A DNA stretch of 64,000 nt from Eledone cirrhosa (GCA_964016885.1 OZ024740.1:344162001-344226000), one strand, 5' to 3'; shown: positions 1 to 16,593, counted from the stretch's first letter. Numbers and translations: made by a program. Notes: generated from the letters alone by a model not told the origin.

Positions 1-207
1 CATTAATTTTGTTTGACCTGTTCAGCTTGATTTGTTTTTTGGCTAAGGTGGTTAATGCCTTTTTAACCACTTTTTCAGTTTGTATGGCGTTTTAACATAT
101 TGTTTAGTTCTGGTTTTTTAACTATTAGGCGCTTGCCAGCATTTCTACCATTTTTGCGTTTCGTTTCGCTTTTTCTACCAGCCGAAATACGATTCTCGCT
201 GAATTAT

Positions 208-284
208 ATTTATATATATATGTATATATATATATACATATATATATATGTATAAATATATATATATACATATATATGTATATG

Positions 285-371
<87 letters not shown>

Positions 372-477
372 AAATATATATATACATATATATGTATATA
401 TATATATATGTATATATATACATATACATATATATGTATATATATATTTATACATATATATATGTATATATATATAC

Positions 478-508
<31 letters not shown>

Positions 509-535
509 CATATATATACATATATATATATACAC
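208..535. repeat. Degenerate (TA)n microsatellite, representative of dozens in the window
   Basis: Direct TA runs with occasional C/G; source of the spurious YIYI ORFs. Confidence 0.97.
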
Positions 536-833
536 ATACAATGTGTGTGTATCTGTAAATGTGTGTGTGTATATGTGTATGTGTATGTGTAAGTGTGTGT
601 GTGTGTATAAAATAATATAGAGATGGCTCCTACTGAACTAGAACCGTTTCATTCATGATGTGTTCATAAAAATAAACAGTTCTCGTCTTGCAAAAGACAT
701 TTCTTTATTAAATGGTTGGTGTTTACATTCTACTAATTTATTGAGTACCTTATTCACTGGGGTTACCCCCAATTCAACTCGGGATCTATACACTCATATA
801 TATATATACATACATACATACATACATACAGAC

Positions 834-2252
<1,419 letters not shown>

Positions 2253-2292
2253 TATATAGGTATATATATATATGTATATTATATATATATAT

Positions 2293-2374
<82 letters not shown>

Positions 2375-2375
2375 G

Positions 2376-2433
<58 letters not shown>

Positions 2434-3211
2434 CATATACTTAGGGACCTTAACTTTCTCTTGTAGTCAGTGAGCCAGCAGAATGTTTTATTTTATAGAA
2501 TGTCATCCAAGTTTGATTCACGTTTTTCTCTCCTAAGATGTATAGAGTTGAGGGGGAGGTAGTATATATGATTCGAAATCATACCAAATTGTACGATCAT
2601 TACTACCGATCCCGGTATCATATTACATGTCCGTTCATCATTAACTGAACCACCGGAATTGCCATATTTCTAACCCCCTACAGCTTCACCTCCACCACCA
2701 CCAACCTACCCTACTTCATCCTCTGAGTTTTATGTGACGCTCTTTATATATATATGAGTGTCTATTTTTTTCTGAGATGTGAGAAAAACCACAAACCCTT
2801 CATCTCAATTCTACTTTTGAAAAGCACAAGAACTGTGAAACCGGTAAATGAATAATGACTTGGGGTTAACACAGTGCTGTTATATAGTAATTTCAAAAGC
2901 ATCAAAGTTCAAAACATTGTTAAACTGAGATATGTTTCTGACGGCCTAACCCTCACCCTAGATTAATGGAATTCAAAAAACAATTAAAAAAAACTCAAAA
3001 CTCTCAATTTCAAAAGTTTTAAAATTTTATGGTTCTACAACTTGTACTTCGGGAGTTGGTTATGTTCTTCCACGGTAAGGGTTCTAAAGCCAATAATTTT
3101 GACCGTGTTTTTTCCTTTCCCGGTCAATTAAAAAGTATTAATGGATCTCTGATTTTAATATAACCGACAATTCCCTTTTTTCAAAATTTCAACAGGCTAT
3201 GTTATAATTAA

Positions 3212-3390
3212 TTGTTTCTACGTTTGGCACAAGGCCAGCAATAACCAGTGCATTACTGGTACTTTATTTTATCGACCCTGTAAGGATGAAAGGCAAAGTT
3301 AACCTCGGGGGCATTTGAACTCAGAATGGCAAGGGCCGTAACTCTATACGTCAAAGCATGGCGTCCGACCCACTACCGTTACTACCGACC
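3212..3390 (-). mobile_element. tRNA-derived SINE, family A
   Basis: B-box-like GAGTTCAAAT then gaggttaactttgcctttcatcc..gtcgataaaataaagtaccagt; several copies in window. Confidence 0.8.
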
Positions 3391-3535
3391 AAACAAAATA
3401 AGCCTTAACTGATATAGTGAGAAATACTATTGTGCATTCATATAGATTAATAAACTAATTAAAAAGACCACGTTTTTTAAATCAATAACATGTCTTATAT
3501 ATCCATTTGTATTCTAAATATAATTGAAATATACG

Positions 3536-3577
<42 letters not shown>

Positions 3578-4397
3578 CAAAATTATTTAAATATCAGCAA
3601 AATTATTTAAATAAATTTAATTAATGAAGCTGCTAAATTATTTTGTTCATGACTCGGGTGAATTCGACAAAGCGAGCTACATGAGAATAGAGTAGATTAT
3701 ATGGATCAAGTAACGAACGTTTCAGAAGACGCACACTTTCAAAATGGTATTATAAGTTCGATCTCAGTGATGTAAATTGTGGTGATTCAGTCAGGTACGG
3801 CAAAAGTTTGTGATTAGTTGGCATATTGCCCAATGCAAAAATACGCTAACATGAATATGCTGATTTACTTGATAAATGTTTTTTTTTCGTTTTCCTTTTA
3901 TTACGGTTAATCGCATTTAATTTAAGCGATGTGCGTATATGCAATTTATGCATAGAAACAGATAAGATTTTATGTACCCCCAGGTCAACTCGACCCAAAT
4001 ATATGTTGTTCCGTTTATACATAATCTTCAAGTGTCTGGAAATATTGGATAATGTAATATATTGTATATATATATTTATCTGAAGATATCAAGATACTCA
4101 GTGTTCGAACACCATTCTAAAGGTTCAACATTGTCATACTTAACAACAGTAAAATTCAGTGCCTTACTTCTGCAAACTAATGACATATTAGCTGCCACTT
4201 GGACAAGATACTCACATGTACTGGAGATGCCATTCTTCACACCTCATTAAACTTCCTCACACGGGTGTCATCCATATCCTGACTTTCATTGTCTCTATGA
4301 ACAAATACATAGAAAATAATTTGCAATCAAGACATGATAACTAAATTTATTTAACTGTGTAAATACACAATCATTATATATCAAATAAATAAATAAA

Positions 4398-4511
4398 CCG
4401 GTGGATTGGTAGTATCGGTAGAGGGTCGGAGGCCATGTTTTGACGTATAGAGTTACGGCCCTTGCCATTCTGAGTTCAAATCCTGCCGAGGTTAACTTTG
4501 CCTTTCATCTT
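4398..4511 (+). mobile_element. SINE family A, 5' part
   Basis: ttctgagttcaaatcctgccgaggttaactttgcctttcatc, the reverse complement of the 3212-3390 copy. Confidence 0.75.
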
Positions 4512-5269
4512 ATATGCACAAAGAATCATAGTGCAGTGTAGATGTTGACAAAATGCGCTTGAAAATGCGTGGTGTCCTAGCTGGAATGCTTTTGGTTACG
4601 TGTTTGCTTAAAAAGGGTGCGCATGAAGGAAACAACTGCAAAAACTAGTAGGGTGTTTCTGCTGCACACAAAAAGATTATTCGGCATATCCAAATGAAAA
4701 CAATCCAGTTGGTTTGTTGATTCAGTCAGGTAATTACTCAGCACGCTTGCGAGCGCTTTTTCACACCACCCTGAAACCTCAATGATATGCATCCCTGAAA
4801 TATCAGGCAGATTCAAGCACTTTTTCATGTATTAAGTTCTCTCTATCTGATAAGTGTTCATCAGACTTGACAACTACACACACACATACATGTCAGAATG
4901 TATGTGTGTGTATTTATGTTCCTTGCAGTGGCATCTTCATTTTAAGGAACAATCAGATTTGAGAAGACGATAAGTCCCGAGAATAGGGAGCCAGATGAAT
5001 GAGCGAAACCTCTTTTTTGCCAAGAAACCTTGAATCAGCTGCGACGAATGAATCGGGCGTTGTAATGTGACTCCCAGTTTTGCGAGGAATACGGATTCGG
5101 GCGTTTGCTTCTAACTGCATTGCCAATACGACATTGGACTTACTGATGTAACTCATTTATAATTGTTTGTTCTCCTTGTGCCTAACGTAATTTTTCGGAC
5201 CTTGGTGACGTTGGGTGCATCCACTATAGAGACTGAAATCCAGGTATTATGGCTTTGATCTCCAGTTAT

Positions 5270-7050
5270 CATCGTATTTAGGATATCTGGCTCCGAACAT
5301 ACTCCTATTCGTTAACCATTCTCAGCTCTCCTTTACTTCATCTATCTTCTATAAACTCCCTGACACACATTCCTATTTCAACGTCAACTAAACCCACACA
5401 ACCCACTCTAAACTTTTTATATTCTACTTCCAACACCACCGTCTTCGTCGGCTCTGTAGCGAGGATCTCAATTTTGAGACCCACTCCTAAAACATGGCTT
5501 CCCGCTTCATCCAGCTTGGATATCCTCCACCCTGATCCAAGGTGCCCTCAATAACGCCCGTTAAACTGTCTGTACCATAGCCGTGTCTCCCCATAACCAC
5601 CCCTAAACACCCGCCTAGCTTTTCCCCCCTCATCTACCACACCACCACCCATCATCTCCGGCAACATAGCCTATTTTGCTTCCGTACACTCTCTTCTGAT
5701 TCCGTCACTTTTCACTCCTTTACCCTCCCCCCCATTACCGCTTTTAAGTGCGAATTTAAACTCCGTACCTAATGGCGTGCAGTTCTTTCTCTTCCTCCCT
5801 TACGACTCCACTTGGATGCCGTCCCTCTTCATGCCCCGTTGTAACACCATTCCATTCATTTCCATCCTCTCCAATCTCACAAGTGCTAACAGTTCATTGC
5901 GTATCCACCATTATTTACATGCACCACCACCAAGATTGTCAATGCCCTTCAGTGTTCGTTTGTGGATCCTTATACATTGGACATACTGGCAGACCGTTTC
6001 GCAGAACATTTTAGGGACATACAACTTGGCAGGGATACCGCCGTCGTCCCTCACTTCCGTTCCTCAATTCACTTCTCTCTATATCTCTCTGTTCTATGTG
6101 TTTATTGCATACACATCGCAGGCCTCAAACGCCAGAACTTTTCCGCCTTGTATCCACTTTCCCAAATAAACACAATTGCTCTCCATATTTTCTTTAATTT
6201 ATATTTACCTTGCACACATATCATGGGCTTGCGCCTGCTTGATAACACCTAGAAACTTTCATACGCGTGCACATATTCACCTCTCTAGTTTCCTACGACT
6301 TCGTTGCGGTCAAAATCACACGCTATCAGAGCTTTGTACAGACCAACAACAAACACGCACACACTCTCACTCTTTTAAACATATGCACAGCTATCCTCGC
6401 AGCTTTGTACAGACAAACAACACAGACAACCACACACAGAAACACACAAACTTCCAAACGTACACACATACATGTCCACTCTAAATGCATAACGATGTTT
6501 TTCTTTTCTGGACGATATAAGATATTTTTGATCACACCTTTTCAAAAGATGACCAACTGAATTACGACATAATCTCTCCGAACAACAGTTTACCAAGAGA
6601 TTGTGAAATCAACAGATCTGTTCTTTCTCGAAGAAATGTTTTTCGTTTCTAGCCCTGCTTAACCTCCTCTATCTTTATATTTCTTCTTTAATTTCCCATT
6701 CTATTTCCTAATGAAGGACTAGCGTCCGAAAAGGTAAGACTTTTCTTGCTATATTATGCCTGAAACTAATATATATATACCTTCATGGAACTTCATCATC
6801 TGTTGCGTTATTTCCTTTCACACAAACACACACAAACTCACGCGCACACAGCAACATGCTCTAAAAACATTTTTTTCCAATTCCACCCCACACGTGCCTT
6901 CAATCTTTCTAATTTTTCATTCTTTTTTCTGGTGTAGGACTAGCGTCCGAAACGTTAAGACCCTCTTCCTTCTATTTCAAGCGTTAACCTAATATATTCC
7001 TTTCATTTACTGTAACGATTGTGTTGTTATTTCTGTTTACCTTTTACATA
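5270..7050 (+). mobile_element. Decayed Penelope-like element (Neptune-like): RT thumb, Cys linker, GIY-YIG, 3' degenerate HHRs
   Basis: Broken frames give SIFYKLPDTHSY, HRLRRLCSEDLNF, C..PRCNT, LYIGHTG and LADRFAEHFRDI. HHR-like ctaatgaaggactagcgtccgaaa at ~6708 and ggactagcgtccgaaacgttaag at ~6936. Confidence 0.7.
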
Positions 7051-7075
7051 CATACATAAATATATATATATTATA

Positions 7076-7870
7076 TACAATATTAAATAAATGGAAAACT
7101 ATATTTATAAAACCATATTTATTTCATTATATATATTTCGGGGATATCATATTAACAATATGCTATGCCTTCATCAGACAAAATACAATATAAACAGTTT
7201 TATAGATAAATATATTCGACATACCGTAATAAACATCAACTTCATTTGAAGAGGTTCACTCTAGCAGTGAAAATACAGAGAGAAAGAAAGAGAGAGAGAA
7301 AAGAGGGAAATAAGAAAGAAAGAAAGACGAAACGAAGAAAAGGAAGAAAAAGAAGAAAAAGAAGAAATGCATGGGACAAAATAGAGAGATGGAAAAATAG
7401 ATAAAGCGAAGAGCTTCATGTAAAGAGACCGAAAGAGATATATATATATATAGAGAGAGAGGAAATAGAGATAGATACATATATAAATATAGATATAGAA
7501 AAATTAGGTAGTGGGAGGTCATTTTGAGTAAGTGTATCAATGATGCATTTATTTATTTCTCTCTCTCTTTCTTTCTCTCTGTATTTTCACTGCTAGAGTG
7601 AACCTCTTCAAATGAAGTTGATGTTTATTACGGTATGTCGAATATATTTATCTATAAAACTGTTTATATTGTATTTTGTCTGATGAAGGCATAGCATATT
7701 GTTAATATGATATCCCCGAAATATATATAATGAAATAAATATGGTTTTATAAATATAGTTTTCCATTTATTTAATATTGTAAATATACTCCAAGTATTTG
7801 TCGAGTGCTTTTATATCAGTTATAAATATTTACTAGTTGTAACCCAACAATTTTAAATATAACTTTACAT
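7076..7870. repeat. Fold-back element (arms ~7076-7290 and ~7560-7782, plus tail) with HHR-like motif
   Basis: Arms are reverse complements. CTGATGA (7680)-hairpin catatt/aatatg-GAAA (7718)-TATA-TA. Confidence 0.8.
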
Positions 7871-7949
7871 ATATATTATATATGTATGTGAGTGTGTGTG
7901 TATGTGTGTGTGTCTGTGTCTGTGTGTGTATTGACATGCATGTATATAT

Positions 7950-8032
<83 letters not shown>

Positions 8033-8033
<1 letters not shown>

Positions 8034-8492
8034 CTTAAAATAACAGATTAAAGTTTAAGCAAAGAATCGCTGCTTTCACCCTTTACGTGGTTTTGTCTTT
8101 GCGTGCTATTGTTCTCCACGCTCCACATAAGACGTATTATCTTCGTTTTTTCGTTCATTGCCAGAGAACGTCTCTATGAACCACCTAAGAGAACATTAGT
8201 CTACGACCTCTTTTATACCATAAACGTGGTTCTGTCTTTGCGCGTAATTGTTTTTCACCGCTCCTATTAATGACGTATTATATTCGTTTTTCCCCGTTCT
8301 TTGCCAGCGAACGTTACCACGAACCAAAGTATCGTCTTCCTCTCTTCCTCCGGTTGCAACGTTTTTTGAAATATCCTCTTCTGCGTTTACAGATTGACTT
8401 TGTTAGTTTCAGAAGATCCCGTTAAGGGTGAAAGCAGCGATTCTTTGCTTAAACTTTAATCTGTTATTTTAATAAATATTTGCTCTACGGTT
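8033..8492. repeat. PLE pLTR-like fold-back element
   Basis: ~8036-8090 is inverted at ~8425-8471. HHR-like cagaagaTCCCgttaaGGGTgaaa; homolog at ~39460-39640. Confidence 0.7.
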
Positions 8493-8562
8493 TTTATATA
8501 TTTGATATATATTTATCCTTATTGAGCCCTCTTTGGATTTTAGTCTTCAAATTTATTATTAT

Positions 8563-8628
<66 letters not shown>

Positions 8629-8702
8629 GCCTTTCCTTGAGTGTGGTAGTGTGTGTTTATATATGTGTTTGTTTGTGTATGTGTGTGGATCTGCACTCAT
8701 GT

Positions 8703-8765
<63 letters not shown>

Positions 8766-9344
8766 CACTCTCCCTTACAAAATTATTGCTCTGCATTTGA
8801 TACATTTGTGGGTGCCTAGTCTTTCTACACCATCATATATCTGTTAACAGCTTGTATAAATCTTTATCAGCAGCATACATACCATTCAGTCAGATATTAT
8901 CATCATATATCACATATGTGGCAACATTTAGATATTGTCCCCATGAAAATGTTATGCATTTCAAAAGACTCCTAACGCTGGAAATAGAATTATATAGTAT
9001 TGTTTTTCTTTTTAGAATTAGTTTCAGGCTTTTCTTACAAACAGTTCATTTCTCTCTCGTCCAGCTTGAATTCACTGACAATATACATCTTTCTGTCTGT
9101 ATAACACTAAAAATGCCTTCACATTCTCTCACATCCTCGTTATATCAGAGTCAAGAATGCTGACACACGGAAACACACACATGAAAGATGGATATACAGA
9201 TAGACTGAAAGGTAATATCAATCCACCTATCTATATCTGTCTTCACTTTCTCAGGCTCTCTCGTAATTTCTCTCTCTTTTTCTTTGTTTCTTTGTTTCTT
9301 TTTTCTCTTCCCATTTCTCTACCTCTCCCTCTTTCAATCTCTCT

Positions 9345-9412
<68 letters not shown>

Positions 9413-9634
9413 ATATATATATATATATGTATGTATATATCATTCTACACATCTCACACATCTTATACACACCACGCATCTCAACGTACACCCACTTACA
9501 TCTCTCTCTCCACCACCGGACCTTGTTACCCGGAGATTTACCCATTTGCATTGCCGAGGTTTCCAAACGACTTAAAGATATATATATATATATATACAAT
9601 ATACATACATATATATAAGCATCTCTCTCTCCCT

Positions 9635-9686
<52 letters not shown>

Positions 9687-10699
9687 CCTTACATATATAT
9701 CTATTAATTTTCTTACAACATAGCTGTAATGTTTCAGCGTAGGTATACACTTTAAACCTAATCTTCGCACTTAACTGGGGACATTTTAATTATGGAGCGC
9801 CTGGTGAACAAGAGCCTTCAGAAAACTTATATGCTTTACTTCCCGTTTCTCTTTAAATGTGGAAGCCCATGTAAGAAATAGATTCTTAGCTCTTGCTGTT
9901 AGGTATATCACTTTGAGCCATAAATTCATTACAGAATTTTAGGAGACATACCAGTAAAACCGTCTCTTTTGCCTAAGTCGCTACATTTATATCAACACAA
10001 TCCATAAGCTCCTTTACACCTAAGCTCAGAACATCTAACGCCGAGAATACAATGGGGCATCCATTATATATGAGGGTACGGTCACCTCGACTTAACCGAA
10101 CCCCATACTAGATCAGCATCTTTGTGTGAATGTAGGGAAGTCGATATCAAAACCGCTTCTTAAACCAGGAGACAAGCTTCTATTATCCGGAAAAATATTA
10201 AGGACTGAATTTTCTAGCTACTTTTTGAACTTTAAACATAACTACAATCTTCTCTATCAAATGGTAGACTTGAGAAAGATCCTGACCCTTTGCATAGAAG
10301 TCGAAAACGTATAAGTTGTGTACAGCGAAAAATGAAATACACTGAAAGAGCTACAAACTATTTGAACACGATGGCAGCTCCCTCAACACATAAATGTATT
10401 TTAAAGAACTTAAACATATTACGCTTACCATGTTAAAAAAACAACTACATTTACCGGATCCCAGTCACAGATTAATTGATAATCAATAATAACAATTTAC
10501 TTCCACTGAGACACCCTTCTACAAAACCAATTACTTATATTTCTACTTTTTTCTTCTTCATGTAGATCCTTCAATACTTAGTTCTCTTTAACCTATATAA
10601 CTTATATATATGTTTATCCTTATTAAATACCAAGCTACTTCCTTTTCGTTTCCTTTACCACTCCCTATATCTATGATAAAATACCTCCTCCCGTTTGGA

Positions 10700-11800
10700 T
10701 CTCCCTCATTTGAAGGAAAAGAAGACAACCATTCCAAAATGGTCTCAAATCACCCTAGAGACGTTAAAAAGGACATAGTCAAAAGTGTAGAACAGAATCT
10801 CTGGACTCTCAGCTAACAGAGAACTCTTTGATGGCAAGGCTAGCTGCTATAATAATGCATTAGCTAGAGCAGGTTACCAGGATAAAATTGAGTACATGCA
10901 TATAGATAGAAACAATTATACACCCATTCATAGACCCAAACAAATATACACACAAAATAACCGTAATGAAAATAATAGAGGTACTCGAAACCCAGAAATA
11001 GAGATGGAACAAACCCGGCTCCAAATAGATATAACTCAAATACCACCATAAAGTTACATAAGAGGGTGAGATCCCTTGGAATTCAAAATAACATAGCCAA
11101 GATTTTCTTTGATGCATTAGGTAAATGTTTTCCTAGATCACATAAATACAGTCAAATCTTTAATCGACACACAATTAAACTCTCTTACTTGACAATCAAA
11201 AGCATAGCCCAGAATATAGCGAAGATTGACAATAGAAATCTTGGAAATAAACACAAAGAGATAACTCATAATAGCAACCATAGAAAGACTGATTGATTAA
11301 ATAGCAACTTAAATAACAGGGATAACACCAGTAACACAAATGATATAAACCAACGGATACACAGACACAGGGAGGGAACAATGAATGGTAACGTAAATAA
11401 TTACAATTGCAGAGATCATAACAGTTGCCCAATGAAGAATAACTGTTTAGATGAAAATATTGTTTACGAATATGAAGTAAAACCGTGTAGTAAGACTCAT
11501 AGATATGTTGGTGCAACTTGTACTAGATTTATAGAAAGGTGGTACAACCATCGCCACTCATTCAAAAGAACTGATAAAAGATCTAGCACAGCCCTGTCGG
11601 AACTGATTTGGTCGCTAAAAAATAAACGAAACTCTCATATGTTTTTCCATATATAAATGGATCTATATCTAGAGGGAGTGACCTCTGTACTATAAAGACA
11701 GTACACATCATAAATAGAAGGCACAAAATTATTAACAAAAATTCTGAAATTTTTATTTCATGTTTACAGAAAATTAAGAAGCCATTGCGTAGAGTAGTTA
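10700..11800 (+). mobile_element. Decayed PLE 3' half (RT thumb and GIY-YIG) of the NCR..CP..C linker type
   Basis: SNHP, IAKIFFDALGKCFPRSHKYSQIFNRHTIKLSY, NCRDHNSCPMKNNCL, VY..RYVGAT..FIERWYNH..TALSELIWSLK. Confidence 0.8.
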
Positions 11801-12504
11801 AAACTTCAGTAAACAATGTTAAATAGACCACTAGATAATTAATTAAACATTTATATGTATATAGATACATTATAATATCAGCATCAAAGTACTAATATCT
11901 AAAATTAAAATTAGTATCTAAGCGAATAAAATCTAGTCTACAAATAAAAATATATAGCAATATATATAAAAAGATAAAAAAATAGACTAACATTTCCTAC
12001 GTGCCTTACTACGAATCAAGCGACAAATCTGGTAACTTCATACCCTAGCCAGTTTACAATCAGCAACACCAATTGGAACAACTATCTCCTGCACATGTAA
12101 GAACTGAGACTTGAGAAATTCGGACATATGCTTACTGGTCGGCAAATAACACGTATGACCGGTAACATATTCTTGGAACTTTACATCTCGTTTGGATATT
12201 TGTCTCAAGAGAACACATATGGCAGGTGTTATATAACTGCCTTACGTCTTTGAAATACGCATAAAAAAATAAATAGGGATGTACGAATAAAAGCGACTTT
12301 CTTGCTTATTATTATGGGGTCGACAAAATAAAGTACCAGTAATACACTGGCCTTGTGTCAAAAGTAGAAACAATTTTTATAATAAAATTCCGTATGAATA
12401 AAATTTGTAGAGTGCTTCACATCTATCAAGAACCAGTCGGCAGATTTTCAATCAAACAATTTTCTTTAATTGAATATATATATATATTTTTTTTTTAAAT
12501 ATGT

Positions 12505-12546
<42 letters not shown>

Positions 12547-12548
<2 letters not shown>

Positions 12549-14102
12549 AGAGGCGCCCTCCACAGCCCAGAGCACTGGGGAGATCAGGTGGCTGTTTGAA
12601 TAACTGGATATTTTAGACAGAGACCTTCACCAGAGAGGAGCATCAGAGAGCCAAGAAGAATATCAAGGAGGGCAAGGCTCATGGAGAAGATGGAGTGGCA
12701 TCAGAGGTGATGAAGAGTTGTGATGTTGAGGATATCATCCTGGGGTTCTGTAACCAGGCACTGGAGAATGGAGTTGCCCCGAATCAGTGGAGGATCAGTA
12801 ACATCATCCCAGTGCCAAAGAAGGGAGATCTCTCTAACACCAACAACTACAGGGGGATCTCACTGACGTCACTTGTGGCAAAGACCCTCAACAGGATGAT
12901 TCTTAACAGGATCCAACCTGAGATGGAGTAGAGACTCAGGGACAACCAGAACGGCTTCAGAGAGGGAAGATCAACCACCTGATGCTGAGGAGGATATTAG
13001 AGGGATCTAGAGGAAAGTGCTTTCCTGCGGTCATGGTTTTCATTGACTTTAGGAAGGTCTTTGATTCTGTGGACCGTCACTGCCTCATGAAGATCTTACA
13101 GGCTTATGGAATCCCCAAGAAGATAATGGACCTGATATCACTGCTGTACACCAACACCAAAGCCCAAGTCATTATACCTGATGGGATGACAGAGTTCTTT
13201 GAGACTAGCTGGAGTGCTCCAGGGAGATATATTGGCTCCCTACATTTTTATCATCGTGGTGGACTATTGTATGCGCCTTGCACTGGAGAAACACCAGGAC
13301 TCTGGATTTACTGTAGCACCGGCTCAGAGCAGGAGAGTTAAGGCAAAAATATATCGGATGCTGAATTTGCCGACGACATAGTTTTGGTGACACATACAGT
13401 GAAGGAGGCAGAGGATTTGATCCAGGAGGTTGGGACTGTGTCGATGAATGTGGGGCTGAGAATGAATGAGACTAAAACAAAATATCTGGTAGAGAATGTT
13501 GAGAAGCCAGGGGGATCACTAATGTAGGCGGGTATCCGCTAGAATTGGTTGAGGACTTCCTGTATTTCGGATCAAAGTTTGCGATTACGGAAGATGATGT
13601 GGTTGAGAGGAAGAGCAAAGCCTGGGCAGTGTGCCACAGCTTGAGATCTCTGTGGGAAGTGGACCTTCGTAAAGACCTCAAAATCCGCCTCTTCATTGCT
13701 GTAGTGGAGTCTGTGATGCTGTACGGGTCTGAGACCTGGACACTGACCAAGAAACTCACTCAGATGGTGGATGGGTGCTACACGAGAATGCTGAGGACGG
13801 CTCTGAACATTAATCAGTATACACTGAGGATGAAAACTGTATGGAAGCCTCTCAAAAGTGACACAGAGGAGACTGAGGTTAGCTGGACATGCTCACCGAT
13901 ATCCAGAGTTGACACTGCACTCAGTGCTCCTGTGGGAGCCCCTGCATGGACACACTGGAAGAGTAAGACCAAGATTACCAAGGCTGATGCCCTAAGGACA
14001 GACGCTGGTCTGTTGGAGACGCAGAACATGGCAGCGATAATGAGGGACAGGGACCGCTGGAGAGAACTCGTCCATAGATCTCTGGAATTTTACCCGCCCT
14101 AG
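12547..14102 (+). mobile_element. 5'-truncated RTE-clade LINE, frameshifted RT
   Basis: IIPVPKKGDLS..NYRGISL, NQNGFREGRST, FIDFRKVFDSV, GVLQGDILAPYIF, EFADDI, DFLYFGS, MLYGSETWTL; bounded by TA runs. Confidence 0.9.
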
Positions 14103-14124
14103 AATATATATATATATATATATA

Positions 14125-15240
14125 ACTTTGATAACTTTGATAGGTTTCGGCCAGTATTGGCCCAGGCCATGTCTAACTTAATAGCACCACCTGGCGAAGT
14201 CTTACAAATCAGTGTTTAGGCACCATGGCCCACTCGGACAGAGAGTTATTATTTACGGAGGCATATCCGGGATTTCTTGAAGTAATTTATCCAAGGACTT
14301 CTTGAACTAGATGGGGTCTGTCTCTGCTTTGATGTGTTTTGGTGTAATGTTAAAGAGTGCAGGGCCAATTGAGGTGAAATAATTGTACCGTATTGTTGTT
14401 ATGTGATGCGAGTGAGATTTTTGTCGTGGGCGGATAGCACGGAGCCCAAGCCTTGGGTGTACACTAAAGGTGATGGCAAGATCATTTGGGAAAAGCTGAT
14501 GGAATATTTTCCACATCATACAGATAATGTAGCGCTCACGGCGACGTTGAAGAGAATAAAGTTTGAGCTTTTCTAATCGTCCCCAATAGTCAAGGCCTGT
14601 CATACCAACTATCTTTTTTGTAATTGACCTTTGGGGTGCTTCAACTTTCATAATACTTTGTTTCGTGTGGGGTGACCACAGTGGACAACAGTATTCAAGG
14701 TGAGGTCGGGCAAAAGTGGAGAAGAGAAGGACAACAGTGTGGATATCTCTCGACTGGAAAGTTCTGAGAATCCAGGAACACATTCTCCGGGTCATATCAA
14801 CTTAGCTGTTTATATGAGTGGCTCAGCTTATATAATTTTCCACAATTACTACCAGGTCTCTGATGTTATTGGAGGCCACTAGAGTTTCACCCGAAGGAAG
14901 AGAGTATGGTAGTTTCAGGGCATCCTTTTTTCAAAAGTGGATTAGTTCAAATTTATCCTCATTCAACAACATATTATTCCTCTCTGCCCATTGGATAACA
15001 GCCAGTAGGTCTGACTGAGGGAAGTCCGGTCACCCACCTCATTGATGACCCTTTGGAGCTTGGAATCATTTGCGAAGATTTTGATGTTGCTGTGTTTGAT
15101 GATGTCAGTAATGTCATTAATCTAGATGATGAAAAGAAGTGGGCCACACAGTGCCTTGTGGGACGCCACTGCGGACTTTGGCAGGGCTTGATTTTACTCC
15201 TTCGACTAAATCATGCTGGGTTCTGCCTGACAGGAAACAT
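14125..15240 (-). mobile_element. CR1/L2-group LINE RT C-terminal fragment
   Basis: [16 protein letters not shown] (degenerate FADD), NNMLLNEDKFE, RPHLEYCCPLWSP, RLEKLKLYSLQRRRER. Confidence 0.85.
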
Positions 15241-15241
15241 T

Positions 15242-15366
15242 GTGCTGCAGTATGAGTCTGAGACTTGGACACTGACCAAGAAACTCACTCAGATGGTGGA
15301 TGGGTGCTACACAAGAATGCTGAGGATGGCTCTGAACATTAATCAGTATACACTGAGGATGAAAAA

Positions 15367-15368
<2 letters not shown>
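15242..15368 (+). mobile_element. RTE fragment, copy of ~13712-13838
   Basis: [22 protein letters not shown] shared with the upstream RTE. Confidence 0.85.
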
Positions 15369-15429
<61 letters not shown>

Positions 15430-15446
15430 GTGTGTGTGTGTATGTG

Positions 15447-15576
<130 letters not shown>

Positions 15577-15676
15577 TATATATATATACATATATATATA
15601 TAAATATATATACACATATATATATATAAATATATATATATATACATATATATATACATATATATATATATATACA

Positions 15677-16385
15677 TACAAGTTATATATTAATATATAT
15701 GATAAACACAAAACGTGTTTGTATTGTAAGAGACAAAGTTAGCTAGCATGAAATAAACTAAGTAAAGTGAATACAATTTGTCTGTCTCGATATAAGTCAA
15801 TAAAGACAAGTTTATATTGGTAAAAGCCGTGATTCCTGGACAAATTTAAATTTCAAAATCCAAACCCGCTCCGTAGATGAATTTGAACTTCGAAACCCAA
15901 ATATGTTTCGCAACGATGGTACATGAATTGGAAAATGAAGAGAATCAAAATGGAATTGAAATAAAAAGTGAAATATCCAAATCTTCTGTGCTTATCAACA
16001 GGAATCCAGTAAAATTAGTACATTCCACCTTCAAAAATTGTGCAGGTCTGATTACACGTGGTGTAGCCAGCTATACTAGCCATCCCGTATTCCCGGTGCT
16101 AGAAATAACAGCGGGTTTGGATTTTGAAATTTAAATTTGTCCAGGAATCACGGCTTTTGCCAATATAAACTTGTCTTTATTGACTTATATCGAGACAGAC
16201 AAATTGTATTCACTTTAATTAGTTTATTTCATGCTAGCTAACTTTGTCTCTTACAATACAAACACGTTTTGTGTTTATCATATATATTAATATATAACTT
16301 GTATTTCACTACTCAGAAATGCCTCTTTCTTTGAGCTGATTAATTGTAAACGACTATGAGTTTAATCTCTAAATATAATATAGTA
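15677..16385. repeat. Fold-back element (~195-bp arms 15677-15870 and 16110-16302, plus tail)
   Basis: Near-perfect reverse-complement arms between TA runs; related fragment at ~62505-62630. Confidence 0.85.
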
Positions 16386-16397
16386 TATATACATATA

Positions 16398-16460
16398 TTG
16401 TTATACTTTGGGAGGGTCATGTTGCCGAAAAGAATCTTGCTAAACAAATTCAGAAACGAA
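16398..16460. mobile_element. Minimal derivative of the Naiad-like PLE termini
   Basis: ttgttatactttgggagggtcatgttgcc joined to aagaatcttgctaaacaaattcagaaacgaa; same ends as 24761-24921 and 58391-60291. Confidence 0.8.
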
Positions 16461-16477
16461 ATATATACATATATATA

Positions 16478-16593
<116 letters not shown>

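Noticed and set aside
175-620. [16 protein letters not shown] ORFs here and throughout
   Set aside because: Translations of dinucleotide microsatellites.
4215-4296. Possible host exon on minus strand (ttcatag..gtgagt)
   Set aside because: Stops in all three frames and no partner exons.
9800-10330. Possible very old PLE thumb fragment on minus strand (QLIRFRLLC)
   Set aside because: A single weak motif; not enough to call.
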